From Octopus sinensis (lineage: Eukaryota), in assembly GCF_006345805.1 (NCBI RefSeq), contig NC_043006.1, positions 36,394,001 to 36,458,000 on the forward strand: a stretch of 64,000 nt of DNA. The letters run 5' to 3'. Shown here in pieces: positions 11,641-24,799 of the stretch. The number at the start of each line of letters is the position of its first letter. The first letter of the stretch is position 1. The translations under genes and the position numbers were made by a program. The notes beneath the pieces were generated by a model that was not told the origin of the DNA, did no database searches, and saw nothing but the letters and a program-made list of their open reading frames with translations.

Positions 11641-12130
11641 TTATTACCTCCGCCCTTTCTGAGGCAGAGGTATTGTATACAGTCATTTTTGTTTGTTTAT
11701 TTGTGGACAAGATATCTCAAGAACCGCTGGATGGATTTGGATGAGACTTTCAGGGATGTTTGGCCTTGTGACTGGCATAAATTGATTAAATTTTGGGATT
11801 GATCCAGTACTTGACAAGGATTCTGGATTATTTTTCTTGTTTTTTACTTAATTTTTGAAAGCAGTCGGGGTTCACTTTTGTATATTCTTAATAATATAAA
11901 GCTTTCCTTTCATAAGTCCCACGCTACTCTGCTGGTTACAAAATTTGGGAATGTGTATCATATATGATGTATAGATTTCAAGAAAATGTGTCCTGTCTAT
12001 CGTATGTGATACTAAGGACAGGCAAAGTGTTTCATCTGGAAAACAGATTAAAGCTTCTACTTAATTGACACTTCAGTAGCTGAATGGCAAATACCCTCTA
12101 AGCTGAGAAATAGAGAAACAAAATTTAATA
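11641..12130 (+). mobile_element. Non-autonomous element with a terminal hairpin, Helitron2/Helentron-like
   Basis: Begins TTATTACCTCCGCC-CTTTCTGA-GGCAGAGGTA (10-bp stem, 11645-11672), followed by GGATGGATTTGGATGAGACTTTCAGGG. This layout is familiar from aquatic-animal non-autonomous rolling-circle elements. The 3' end is uncertain. Confidence 0.45.
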
Positions 12131-13003
12131 TTGTAAGGAGCTTTGACCTGGGATTTTACAGTTTCTCTCAGATCTCTATTTTTTTCTTTGGACAAAAATC
12201 TAATTGTTGTTTAGCCCATGGTCAAACCTGATGAAGTAGACATGATGAAAAGCATCCCATCCATAACTACCTTGTCATTTGTGTACCTACATCCTTTAAT
12301 ATCTTTCACTTAATTATGACTGAGTTCCTTATCAGCCTTGACCAATATAACCATGATCAAAGGGTTTATATCTGTAATCATCCCAACTTTTTTCAAAACA
12401 TGTATCTAGGACAACATTATCTATTGTGTGTCCTTCCTTTTTTAAGACTATAAGATGTGGTTTAATGAAGATGATACCAGTAGTGTCCTTTGTTGTTAAA
12501 ATTCTAATTATTTTAGATCAGTGATGTTGTTGAATAAATCAACCCCAGTACATCGATGATCCATATTTTATCACTACCACCACCACCACCACCACCTTCC
12601 TTTTGCAAGAAATGAAAACTGGTTCTCCTCTCTCAATGAGGAGAAAGGCAAACTCTTTATTGACAGCATTGATCTCAGAACTTAGGATTAAATACATGGT
12701 ATTTAGTGTGGTGTTCAAGAATGTCTGCCAATTAGCTGTTTTAAATTTGCTTTGCTATTAAAACCAACATTGGTAACTAATGAGCAGCCTCATTAAATCT
12801 GGATGAACACGTGTGTGTATACACAAACACACACACATTGCGCTATGCTTGTGTATAAATCACACCCTTAATTTGGTGTTAAATTTTGGTACAAAATCTT
12901 TTCACATCATAGTTTTAGTTTTGCCCCATAAATTGCATTCCAGATTTTCAGTTAAAACCAGGTATAAAATAGAGTGACTTGTACATGTGTAAATACAGTA
13001 TAA

Positions 13004-13063
<60 letters not shown>

Positions 13064-13609
13064 TACACACACACGCACATGCATACATATACATACATGC
13101 ACTTGTGTGTGTAGTGTTATTGTTTAGTTTCAGATAGTCTCTATTCAAGCAGATCTATGATTAAAGGCCTTCTGGCTCTGAACAATCTTTTCTTTGTCTT
13201 TTTTTTCTTCATTTTTTTCCAGTATCTGGATGAACTAAAGCAAATGTAAATTGTTTTGTTGGGACACACAATGAAATGTTTGAATGGGATTTGAACCCAC
13301 GACTTTATGAACAGTTAGTCCAATAATTTATTGCCTGCCCATCTCACCCCTGCACACACATGCAGATATATATATATATATATATAAATATAAAACTTCC
13401 AATTAACATATCAACCAGTGAGAAGGCAGGAAATTCTTTAGTCATGATCAGACAAAGATTCTCGGTAAATTCTATTATTATTTCCAAAATTGTCTTCTGC
13501 AATTTCCTCTTTTTCTCTGTATACTGGAGAATTGTGAAAATAAAACAAAACTAAGCAAGGTAAAAAAACAAAGAAGAAAAAAAAAACGAAAATAATCCAG
13601 TGTACTTAC

Positions 13610-13655
13610 GTTGATAACATTACTTTTAATGGCATGTACTGTCAGCTCCATCTTC
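13610..13655 (-). CDS. Candidate 46-nt exon
   Basis: Acceptor TTTTGTAAATTACCACCTTTTAG| and consensus donor AAC|GTAAGT. Only one frame is open: (R)KMELTVHAIKSNVIN. Confidence 0.35.
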
Positions 13656-13714
13656 CTAAAAGGTGGTAATTTACAAAACAGAAAAGATCAAGTGAACAAT
13701 CCAGAATGTCATTT

Positions 13715-13841
<127 letters not shown>

Positions 13842-14036
13842 TAATGTTTGTGTGTTTTGGTTCAGTATGGTTGAATGTTTAAGGTTACTTAGCAGATAAT
13901 GGTTTCAATTCTGCTATATGGCATCTTGGGAAAGTGTCATCTTGGGAAAGTGTCATCTTGGGTAATTGTAGTTCAAAGGCCCAGCCTTGTCACATGCTAT
14001 TGCACTGATCTATATATATATATATATATATGTATA

Positions 14037-14450
14037 GAGGCAGGTATGACTTTGTAGTAAGAAGTTTGCTTCCCAACCACATGAGGTTCTAGGTTTAGTC
14101 CCACTCTGTGGCACTTTGGGTAAGTGTGATCTACTGTAGCCTCAGGCTGACCAAAGCCTTGTGAGTAGATTTGATAGACAAGAACTAAAAGAAACCCATC
14201 TTATATGTAATATATATTTATGTGTGCGTCGTGTTTGTCCCCTACCATCACTTGACACCAACTAGTGTTGGTGTGTTTACATCCCTATAACTCAGCAGTT
14301 CAACAAACGTGACCAACAGAATATATTTCAGGCTTTAAAAAAGACAAAAAATAAATACTGAAGTCAATTCATTTGACTAAAACTCTTCGAGGAAGTGCCC
14401 CAGCATGGCTGCAGCCTAATGACTTGAAACAAGTAAAAGATAAAAGATAG
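14037..14450 (+). mobile_element. tRNA-derived SINE, family B (full length)
   Basis: Head ...GTAGTAAGAAGTTTGCTTCCCAACCACATG...GTTTAGTCCCACT, central microsatellite-like spacer and 3' CAGCATGGCTGCAGCCTAATGACTTGAAACAAGTAAAAGA tail. Confidence 0.85.
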
Positions 14451-15768
14451 CTACCTGTACTTATCCCTCTGTTATGCTTCAGCCTCTTGACACTTGGTAC
14501 ATAGTCACCTAAATTACTCCCTCCACTTAGTCAAAAGGGCTTTTCCTTTACCTTTTCCTGTCCAGTAAGTTACTTGAAAAGCTCACGGTGGTACAGAGAT
14601 GTACCCTGCACACACTGTAAAGTAATTGGTGTTAGGGAGCACATCCATTCATAGAAACCATGCCAAAAATGGCTTGACATAGCCCTGTGGCTTACCAGAT
14701 CCTATCAAACCATTCAACACATGCAGGCATGGAAAACAACTGTCATACAAGTGAATTCAGTTATTGCTAGGCTTTCATTCAAAAAGAATATTTCATCAAC
14801 ATTAACCAGCCTAAATATCATCATCATCATCTGCCTTCCTTGCTGGTATGGGTGGGATAAGCTGGCATAGCATAAGGATGCTATCAGTGTCTAGCAATTT
14901 TTCCAGTCATCAGTCAGCTCAGGGCCCAACTACATATTTGTTATTTAAGTTTAGCCATGTCACCATGTAGTGCCTTGATTGATAGTTAACCATTTGGCAT
15001 TTGTTCCCTCTCCACGAATGGTTGGTTATGACTTCTCTGTTTGAAAGGCTCTTTCAACTTTTCCCTCTTTAATGTGTTTTATTTTAAATCCTATCAAGTA
15101 CTCAGACTCCCTTTCACCCAGAAAACTGGTTAGGAGAGGGATGTTTTAGTTGCTGACCATTCAATCATGAAACAGGTTATATAGATTTACATGGTACTAG
15201 TAGCAGGTAGAATTTGATTAAATATCAATAAAAGTATGTATATACTTATCTTAAAAACATTATCAGTTTTCTATTTCCTCCAGCCATGAGTCCATAAATT
15301 ACATTAATCAAATTCACTTTGCCATAGTGTCTCTCTCAATCAATAGAGCCACTAAAGCATCAGATTTGTTCTGATGCTCTAATGGTCTGTACTCTGAGTT
15401 CAAATCTTGCCAAGATCAACTTTATCTTTCATCTTTTTAGAGTCAATAAAAATGTACCAATCCAAGTTGGTGAGTTTGCAGAACTAAGAATGTTGGATCA
15501 CATACCTTCCAGTATTTGTTCCAATTCTTTGCATCCGAGTTCAGATCCTACCATTATCTTCTTGGTGGTAGAATCAATTGCCTAGTTTAATACCACCACA
15601 TAACACCTTGGGTATCTTTAATGGAGTCTACTCTGTTTCAAGTATCCATGCCAGGTCTCTGATTTGAGGATACCTTCCTCCATCCTTCCCTTCCAGTGTT
15701 CATGGAGGACCTGTAAAAGATAATGACACTCTCTTCCCTCCTGAAGGTTAATTGGTACATCTGCTTAC

Positions 15769-15797
15769 CTGCCAAAGAAACTGATACTGAAGTGTTT
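15769..15797 (-). CDS. Candidate 29-nt micro-exon
   Basis: TTTTATTGCAATTATATAAG|AAACACTTCAGTATCAGTTTCTTTGGCAG|GTAAGC. The phase 0-2 reading KHFSISFFG(R) fits the flanking candidate exons. Confidence 0.25.
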
Positions 15798-17439
15798 CTT
15801 ATATAATTGCAATAAAAATACATACAGTGGAGTCAAACTGATATTCCATGATCAAATACTTCAGTACCTATGTACTTGGCTACATTATCTTTACAATGGG
15901 GACTCTACCAAACTATTAAAAATATAAAGAGAGGTAGGATGACAAGTTGGATATAATCCTCTCTAATAGCTATACTGCTGGATTTTGTTAGGGCCTTCCA
16001 AAATACACAGTCTACTGAAAGTTAAGTTGAATGTATGTAGCCTACTCCAGTTGTCACATTTGTGGACTTTAACAGCAGAGTCCTTAAGAATATGCAGACA
16101 GCTTGGATGGTTAGATGTAAGCTGCTTTTAGTTATGCTGACCTCACCACCATCATTATCCATACAGTGTCTCTTTATATGTGTGTGTATGCATATTCTTA
16201 TGCTTATGTACATAAATATATATACATTAACACTCAAAGATATACATGATGTGAAATCAGGAATGTATAATCATATATGCACATTAATATAAATGCATAT
16301 CTATACTCAGAAACATGCATATATACACATATATACATTCATATCCCCATGTCCACATCTCCTCACATTGTATACTCAAGAACCACAGTAGGATAAATTC
16401 AACCTGGATGAGGTTGAGCTGAAGTGGAGGCTTTTAAAGTGCACAGAATGCACTTCTGCAGTTGATAGGATTAATTACATTACAACTTGTATGTTTTACT
16501 TTGCAGTGAGGGAGAGAGACAGCTTGGTCCTCAAAACAAAGATTATGAACGCCTATTTCTAAGCATTCATTTATCTGTCTCCATGCCATAGTTATGGTCT
16601 TGTTGAAGCGACATCTGCTACTCAACAATGATTGCTCTGGAAACCATTAAACTTCTAAATGCTATGGTTACTTCAATAAAAGGCTGTCAACAGTAATTTG
16701 TGAATTTGTCTATCTATAAAATCCAGGCTAATTATGTAACAACAGGTTTATTCATTTATTTTTTTGAAGAAATGCATGTGATATGTGTAGTGGCTGAATC
16801 AGCTGAAGCATGCTTATGCAGTATGTATGTGTGTTTTCAGTCTGCCATTTCATAATAGCTACACACAATAAAAGTTTATTTAATTGTAAGGAACAACCTG
16901 TTGTGCACTTGCAGAATCATACAGCTCAGGGTCACTATAGGGAAAATTCTTCTGATGTTATGTTTTTTTGCTTTCGAATCTTAGAAAAATTGTGAAATGT
17001 GTCAAAATATTAGTAATTATTGTTGTTGATTAGCTCTAGATCAACTTTGATTGGGCAAAACCTTTGATCTAAGCCATTCTTGCTATGACTTATCCTTTAA
17101 GGGATATGAGAGTATGCATTTCAGTTTTTTGTTTGGTTTGCAAGGTTCTTTATGTGAATTCGTGTGTTGGAGCCTATTTTATTGTCTGGAGAGAGTCATT
17201 CTCTTTTTGTATCTTAATATTTAACACACTCACCGGCTTGATTTCCACTCATTTACTTAATTTTTCTAAAATTTTCGTTGCGTCTTGTAACCTTTTCAAT
17301 AATTGTTGACAAATTCACAACTATTGAAAAGTTTGCAAGACACTATGAAAATTTTAGCAAAAATAAGTAAGTAAATGATTAAAAATGGAACCAGTGTGAT
17401 AAATAATATGGCGCTAAAAGAGAATGACTCTCCCCAGAC

Positions 17440-17870
17440 ACAATAAAATATGCTTTATTTTGCATTAAGCCTTTCACTTCTTATGAAGATTAGCCTGTCA
17501 ATGATTTTTCTTCACTGTTCTCAACTCTGGATTGTCCTTTCTATCTCTTTCCATTTGGATCCCTGTTTCTTCATCTTTGCCTCTGTATCCTGCTTCGTAT
17601 ATTTCCTTGAGAAAAGGCCTTTCTTGCCTAGATCTTGTTGGTTATGGATTGTCATCGATGCTTCTATAATTTTGCTTTTAAAGCAGGGTTGTCAGCTTTA
17701 TGCAAATCCATTTTTACCTCTGGGAAGAGGTGGTCCATATTAGTCTGATCCTTATCTGTTGACCTGTCCAGTATGGGAAGCTCTGCAAGGAGCTTGCACT
17801 CTGCTGGCATAGCTCTCAGGGTCAATGAAGTACTTAAGCGATCACATTGCAACACGTACAGGACCTTGTG
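17440..17870 (-). mobile_element. RTE-clade LINE 3' remnant
   Basis: The minus frame QQDLGKKGLFSRKYTKQDTEAKMKKQGSKWKEIERTIQS*EQ*RKIIDRL resembles the RTE C-terminus (GRPxxTWxxxxExEMKxxGxxWxEIERxAQ). Multiple stops and frameshifts. Confidence 0.55.
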
Positions 17871-18142
17871 ATGGATATAGATAATTAAAATTACATTATC
17901 CTTTTTCACTCTTGATAAGACTCTAAGGTATGATTTGTGGAAGATTTGGATGTTTTTTCTAGCAGTTTGGATGATCCCATGGCAACATCCTTGGTGCACA
18001 AGTACAAGTGCACAGAAGTATATGTGTCTGTCTGTTGTATTTCTGCATATTTGTGTGAGCTATTGTTGTTATTTAGGTTATCTCTGATCAAGCAGACATA
18101 TCAAAGATGCTCCATCACTGACCAACCTATCTTTTTAGTATA

Positions 18143-18352
18143 CTCTTTTACTCGTTTCAGTCATTTGACTGTGGCCATGCTGGAGCACTGCCTTTAGTCG
18201 AGCAAATCGACCCCAGGACTTATTCTTTGTAAGCCTAGCACTGATTCAATCAGTCTCTTTTTTGCTGAACAGCTAAGTAACAGGGATGTAAGCACACCAG
18301 CAGTGGTTGTCAAGTGATGTTGGGGGGACAAACAGAGACACACATACACTCA

Positions 18353-18448
<96 letters not shown>

Positions 18449-18612
18449 AATATACGACAGGCTTCTTTCAGTTTCTGTCTACCAAATCCACTCACAAGGC
18501 TTTGGTCAGCCCGAGGCTATAGTAGAAGATACTTGCCCAAGGTGCTATGCAGTGGGTCTGAACCAGGAACCATGTGGTTCGCAAGCAAGCTACTTACCAC
18601 ACAGCCACTCCT
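18143..18612 (-). mobile_element. tRNA-derived SINE, family B (full length, with expanded internal (CA)n)
   Basis: Reverse complement of the 14037-14450 element, with an internal (CA)n at about 18356-18443. Confidence 0.9.
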
Positions 18613-19545
18613 ATACTTATTAATATCTAGGTATATTTTGCAACATCTCCCTCTCTCTCCTTTATTCTCTCCATCTCTCTCTCTCCCTCCCCCTCAAGAC
18701 AGAAGGGTATTATTTGAGTGAGTTTTTACCACTATAGCTGTTAGATTGAGTGACTGCATATAGGCTCCATTATTCATTTGTGTGCATAAGTGTATATTTG
18801 TTTAGTGTAGTTGGAGCCAGTTCGGATAGATATTAGCTTCTAATTATGACATTCTAGACATTGCATGCTATCTATCCCTTACTGTAGCAGGATATTTCCT
18901 AACCTGCATCTCTCTCTCTTTCTTTCTCCATCTCATTAAAGTTAAAACATGCCATAAGTTTGTATTGTAATTAGTTCACAGATGCTCACATTATCAATTG
19001 CAGAAGTGCATTCTGTGCACTTTAAAAGCCTCTACTTCAGCTCACAGTCAACCAACCTGAATATATCCCACTGTGGTTCTTGAGTACACCCTGTGAGGAA
19101 GTGTGGACATGTAGATATCAATGTATGTATGTGTGCATGTGTATATACTTGTATCCGAGTACAGATATGCACATATATGTGTGAGTGTGTATAAATACAT
19201 TCATGTTTTTGCACCATGTATATCTGAGTGTTAATGTGTCTATATTTGTGTGTATATCTAGGAGTGAACTCAGAATTTAAGTATTCAGTGAAGCATTCAG
19301 CCATTGAGAGATATGGTTACAAGTTAAGTTCCACCTCTCTCTTTCCCCACACCTTCCCTGTGTTTATATTTCTCCTTCTTATGCCTATGTGTTTATTTAT
19401 CTACCTTATCACTTAATTAAATCAATTCTGTACACATTCACACATTTTAATCTTGCTCTTGTATTCTTCCCTCTCTCCCTCTCTATCGTTTGCATGCAAA
19501 CACATACAAATGTACTTCCTATTTCATTTACTTCATCTCTTGCTT

Positions 19546-19549
<4 letters not shown>

Positions 19550-19618
<69 letters not shown>
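19550..19618. repeat. (TG)n microsatellite
   Basis: Direct inspection. Confidence 0.95.
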
Positions 19619-19620
<2 letters not shown>

Positions 19621-20309
19621 ATGTGTATGTGTGTATGTGTCTGTACACAAATACACACCAAGTTAGCCACAATTTCTCTTTCTCACACATAGGCATATTT
19701 TCATATAAACATACTTATGTGTATGTGTATATGTGTTGTATGTATATATATTTGCACATGATACTTTCTTGAGCTAAAAAAAAAGTAAATAGAATCTTCT
19801 TTGGTGTTTCAGTTGTTCAGTCAACCATTTAAACCATTTACTCATTGAATTATAGCTGAGTATTCCACAGTTACACCTTTCCTTCAGGGCAGTAGTATGA
19901 CGACATGTGTATCAAGACTCACTGTTTTAATCACAAGTGCATTCCATCTGTCACTTTATGCATGTTCTGGTGGTGTGCAACATAGCATAGTGTTTGGGAC
20001 CAATGAGGGAGTATGGAGTTAGGCTTAGACATCACTATCAAGTTCAGTCTAGCCTGAGATGGTAGCACCTGTCAAAGACCCTAGTTATGGGTCAAAAAGT
20101 AAGCAGTTGAAGGAGTGCTGGTCTGTTGACATATGTCATACAAGCAACCAACAACATGTGAAGATGGGCACTGATGTCAGGTGAACCGATCCCTTCTGCC
20201 TAAGAATACCCTGTGTCCAAGAGTAAGCTCAGGAGAGCAAGCGACTAGCAGAGCAAACTATAAGTAAACAAATAGAAGGCAATGGGAAGCCACTGCTGCG
20301 CACCCCCCC

Positions 20310-21050
20310 CTAAAACTCATGAATCTTTAAATTTTGGCATGTTTGTTGACGTCTGAGTACATAGCAGGTGGAATCCTTTTCCATTGTTAGACTGTTTACT
20401 GAGCAATCTGTAAATAGATTGTTTAGAAGAGCAGAGAAAGAGGATCCTGCAAAGTTGGTGGAGATCTGTTTAACAAGGGACCAGAAATTTGGAAAGTGGT
20501 AAAGCTTGAGGGCTGTGTGATACATGGAAATATCCCTTGAGCATTAGATAGTTGTCTTTATAGGGAGTTGTACTGCTAGATGAATGCAACTGAGTTTTGG
20601 GGAGTGAATGATATCCTCTAGGCATTGTTAGCTTTGTCTTCTGCCAGAGCAGTAGCAGGACAGCTGTACTTAGGGTTTTGAAACCTTAGGTTTTTGTTGT
20701 GTAGAGGGTGTGAAGGGACATGCCAAAAAGGATGGTCTCAGTTACCCGTCTAGCAATTTCTAAAAGCTCAGGAATGAAGTACATATACTGTCAAAGATAA
20801 TTGACATAAAACTGGTAGAGCTCTGACTAATCAACTGACTTGGAGCACTATAGGGCCCAGAGGAAAGAGCACAAGTTGTGTATTGCACAGTTGTGATAAG
20901 GCAGTGGTCAGATGTTAAGTTTTGAGGTGAAAAAGAGTATTTGGGATGGCTATGTGATGATCTAGAATGTGAGTAGGAGAGTAAATAAGTCGAGAATTGC
21001 AAAGGATGAATGTGTGAACTGTGAGAAATTGTGAACACTGAAATCACCAA
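20310..21050 (-). mobile_element. Decayed L2/Crack/Daphne-group LINE (endonuclease-RT linker)
   Basis: Minus frames contain QNLTSDHCLI (compare LGxSDHxxI at the end of the APE domain) and FWSLVKQISTNFAGSSFSAL (compare FWxLAKxIxxNFxxSSFPPL). Confidence 0.6.
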
Positions 21051-21834
21051 GTAATATTTACAGCTAAGTGGACATGGCCATTTAACATTAAGTGTCTTGG
21101 CTTTGTGTCAGTGACAGGATATGAATGAACAACTAATTCTTCATTCAATTGTTATGTCACCCCTACTGTCTCAGAGTAATTGTGTTCTCTCAGCCATTTC
21201 TATGCTACAACTAATCTACCAATCAAACTATGTTATTGATTTTTATTGGCCATTCTGTTATATGCCTTTCGAAAGCAATTCTTTCTTTCATTTTTCTGCC
21301 AATTGCCAACATAGACAAGTATCAAGTTTGAGGTCTGGGTGTGTGTGCTTGTAATTTTGAATTGCTATTTCTTTCTCCCTCACGCGTGCACACACACACA
21401 CACACAAAACATATATCATCTTTTATATCAACATCCATGTCTGCATGAGTCAGACAAAACTTGTCACCATCTCTCACCTCTTTTGAAGCAAGGTAACATT
21501 TCTCCCAGTCCTTTGAACCTGTACAGCTCAGTGGCCCATGTTTTCATGGAACATAGCAAACAATTGACAATGTTTTTGTATGAATGATGAACTTAATTGC
21601 AAATGTTGAGACAAGGGAGACACAATAACATACATGCATATAAATAAATACATACACACAACAGGTTCTTTGCAGTTTCCATCTACCAGTTGCACTTACA
21701 AAGCTTTGATTTGCCTGGAGTTATCATTGAAGACATGTTCTTAAGATACCAAAGCTTATAAATCTATGTAATGTCTCTTGCATCTACTCCCATGCAAGAA
21801 TAAAGAAATAATAACAGCAGCTCCTGTTGTTGTT

Positions 21835-22060
21835 GAGGTGGTGAGCTGGCAAAATCATTAGCATGCCAGACAAAATACTTAACAGTATTTTGTCTGTCTA
21901 CATTCTGAGTTCAAATTCTGCCAAGACCAGCTTTGCCTTTCATCCTTTTGGGGGTCACTAAAATAAGTACCAGTTGAGTACTGGAGTCGATTTAATTGAC
22001 TTAGCCACCCCCACCCCCGAAATTGCTGGCCTTGTGGCGAAATTTGAAACCATTATTGTT
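21835..22060 (+). mobile_element. tRNA-derived SINE, family A
   Basis: GAGGTGGTGAGCTGGCAAAATCATTAGC...GAGTTCAAATTCTGCC...GCCTTTCATCCTTTTGGGGGTC...AAGTACCAG. Confidence 0.85.
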
Positions 22061-22552
22061 ATGTTAATTTACTTGTTCCATATCTATCATACATAATAAA
22101 TTCATCTCAACAGACAGGGCAAATTATCTTTGAGAATTGAAAATTAGGATTTATATTGTTTTTCTTTGTAATTCTTGGAATGTATTTTCTTAGATATTAA
22201 TTTTTGCTGATTTGTATTGATTTTTTTTTACTATAAAATAAGGGAAAATATTTTTTGCTTTTTTTTCATTTTTTTTGTATTAGTTTATTTAAAAATATTG
22301 ATATTAATAAATGTTTGTTAGATATTTTTTAATGCCTCTGTGTATTCGTCTGTGTACTTGCACACATATATCGAGAGATTGATAAAGAGGTCTAAGAAAA
22401 GAAAAAAAATGAGAGAAAATAGAGAGGAATGAAAAGAAGAGAGAAAGCAAAAATGAAAGCAACAGAGCAGGATAGGAAAGAAGCAGTTAGAAAGAAGTAG
22501 TATAATTAGACTATGAAAGAGAAAATATTTTGGAACAGGAAAAAAAGAGGCG

Positions 22553-22555
<3 letters not shown>

Positions 22556-22617
<62 letters not shown>
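22556..22617. repeat. Compound (TA)n(GA)n microsatellite
   Basis: Direct inspection. Confidence 0.95.
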
Positions 22618-24169
22618 GTGGGGACACTAGAGTAAAAGATTAATTGAAGATACTAATTGAAGGAAGTTGTTTGGCCTCAGGATAGCCCTGATCTAGCAAC
22701 CCTCTCTATAACAAGCCCCAGTCTGTTGCAAGCATTTGAACCAGGCATCTTTCTGTTGGTAACTCATTCTGATGCGTTACTTCTTATTGCAACAACCTTT
22801 GAGTAATGGTTTCTCCACCCATCCAACCCCAACCTCATCTGTCCTGTTAAAAGATTATGTGTGTTGCCTTTCTTCTGACTAAACCATTTAAGAAATATTC
22901 ACAAGCCATGATCATCCTATGCTTTTTCTAGTCTTAGTGTATCTACGAATAATTTTCATGTGTGTCCTTCCCTTTTTTTGGTTGTCAAGATAGTAGCCCG
23001 CGATTTGAGGGTGTTACTTGTTATTTCTAATAGTTTCTATGCCCATCTAGTAATTCTGCGACAGAAATCTGTTATGATTTGCTAACCCTTCTGATTATTA
23101 TATCTATTGTAGCCTGTTCTATAATTCTTAAGAAGGTCACAAAATCAAAATGTTTATTAAGAAAGGTAGGTGGTCAAAAGAAGTTTAGCCAGTAATTGAT
23201 ACTATGAAGTGCACTCAATTCTAAGAACAAAAGCCTTCTATTAGCCACACTTCATACAGTATGAGCCAGTGAGGGGCATCTTTGCTGTAACTAGTAGACA
23301 AATCTATCATAATACTCTACTGTCTGGTAGACAAAACATGAAACACCTTTGATCATATGTCAGCTCAATCACAGCTGATTTTGAGCTTTAACAACTCTCT
23401 ACAATTTAGCTGAACTGACCTTCAAAGGAAAGCGTTACTTTACAGTCTTAAGATGTTCATTCATGCATAAAAATAACAGCTGTATATCTCTGTCTATTTG
23501 AAGTCAGTTTTTCCACGATGACATACTTTACATGAGTTTCACAACATCTCACAACTTGTTGCAGTCCTTGTAATCTGGTACACACACAGTTATAAAGAAA
23601 ATCAGCTAATCATCCATTTTTGTTGTTGCATGTCATGTTTTCACATGGTTTTACAACTGAATGTTATCCCTATCACCATCCATTTTACAACATGGACTGG
23701 TTGCATTTTATCTACTCTATACCAATGTTTTATTCCGATTACTACATATATATATACACACACACACATACATAACATATATCTATCAAGCCAATAAGGG
23801 AACCTATGTATATATTTATAGCATGTGTATCAATATATGTATATGAATATGGGAATGCTATGCATGTGTACTTATATAAATCTCTAGATTCATGTACATG
23901 CAATGATGCATGCGCATACACGCACATAACTTTAGTATTAGGTTCCCTAATGTTTGTTAATGTTAGGTAGTGTATTGCAAGTTATAAATATCAGCTGGAA
24001 ATGTAGAGATGTTGGAGAGAGAAAGGGGATAGATTCCAAAACACCAGTAAACACTCATAGCAACAATAATTTCTTTTGTAAGTATCAAAGTACAAATTTA
24101 TAAAGAGAGGCTGTAATGAATAGAGGGATGAAATTGCAATCTTCTTTATTTAAACACTACTAACAGTAT

Positions 24170-24725
24170 TGAGCCAATGAGAGAAACGCCATGTAGATGC
24201 GTGATGTGCTAGAAATAATAACATAATCCGCTGCAAATTACACCCTACTATTTTTTAAAACAAAAAAAAGTATATTTTGGATAATGTGGTCCTAGATACA
24301 TTTTATTTGTAACAACAAAAACAGGTTAGGATGTCTGAAATAGCTTTGCTTTCTCATTGATTGGCTCTTATCTAGAGGTAAAGGAATTGGTCAATATGTG
24401 GTTGCATGATCACCTACAAATATCAGTAAAATCTCCTTCAAATCACCTTAATAATTGAAAAATGGAAAGACTTGTTAGATAATGTAGTCCTGCATTATAC
24501 TGTATCTAAGTATTAAGAATGGGTTTTCCTGGAACATCTTCCATCATGGGTCTTATTGATCAGATCTGACTTGCGGCCTAATCAGGTGCACTATTAATGA
24601 GTCAATATGGGAGCCTTTACATGGTTGCACACTCTACTTGAAATAGCAACTAAATTTCCCTCAAATCACACCCCGCAATCTTTAAAAAGGGAAAACACAT
24701 TGGATTATATAATCCTAGACTTATA
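24170..24725 (-). mobile_element. Three tandem diverged copies of repeat family E
   Basis: The GAAATAGCARCYAAATYTCCYTCAAATCACACC...GGATAATGTAGTCCTAGA-type unit recurs at about 24170-24300, 24380-24510 and 24605-24725. Dispersed homologues occur near 7.1, 11.5, 30.6, 33.8, 54.1 and 62.5 kb. Confidence 0.65.
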
Positions 24726-24799
24726 GTTAGTCTGAAGAAAAGATGGAATGCTGAAAATGCTGCCAGATGGAACATCTTTAACCATGAGTGTTGCTTGAT

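Noticed and set aside
13922-13962. 16-bp tandem duplication CATCTTGGGAAAGTGT x2.5
   Set aside because: A local slippage duplication inside a SINE head with no further structure.
15506-15582. Open minus-strand segment AIDSTTKKIMVGSELGCKELEQILE with donor AAG|GTATGT
   Set aside because: It aligns by eye with the reverse complement of the family A SINE head (GAACTC...GAACAAATACTG), so it is repeat-derived.
17973-17986. X-box-like GATCCCATGGCAAC
   Set aside because: It is mismatched in the left half, isolated, and next to LINE/SINE debris with no promoter context.
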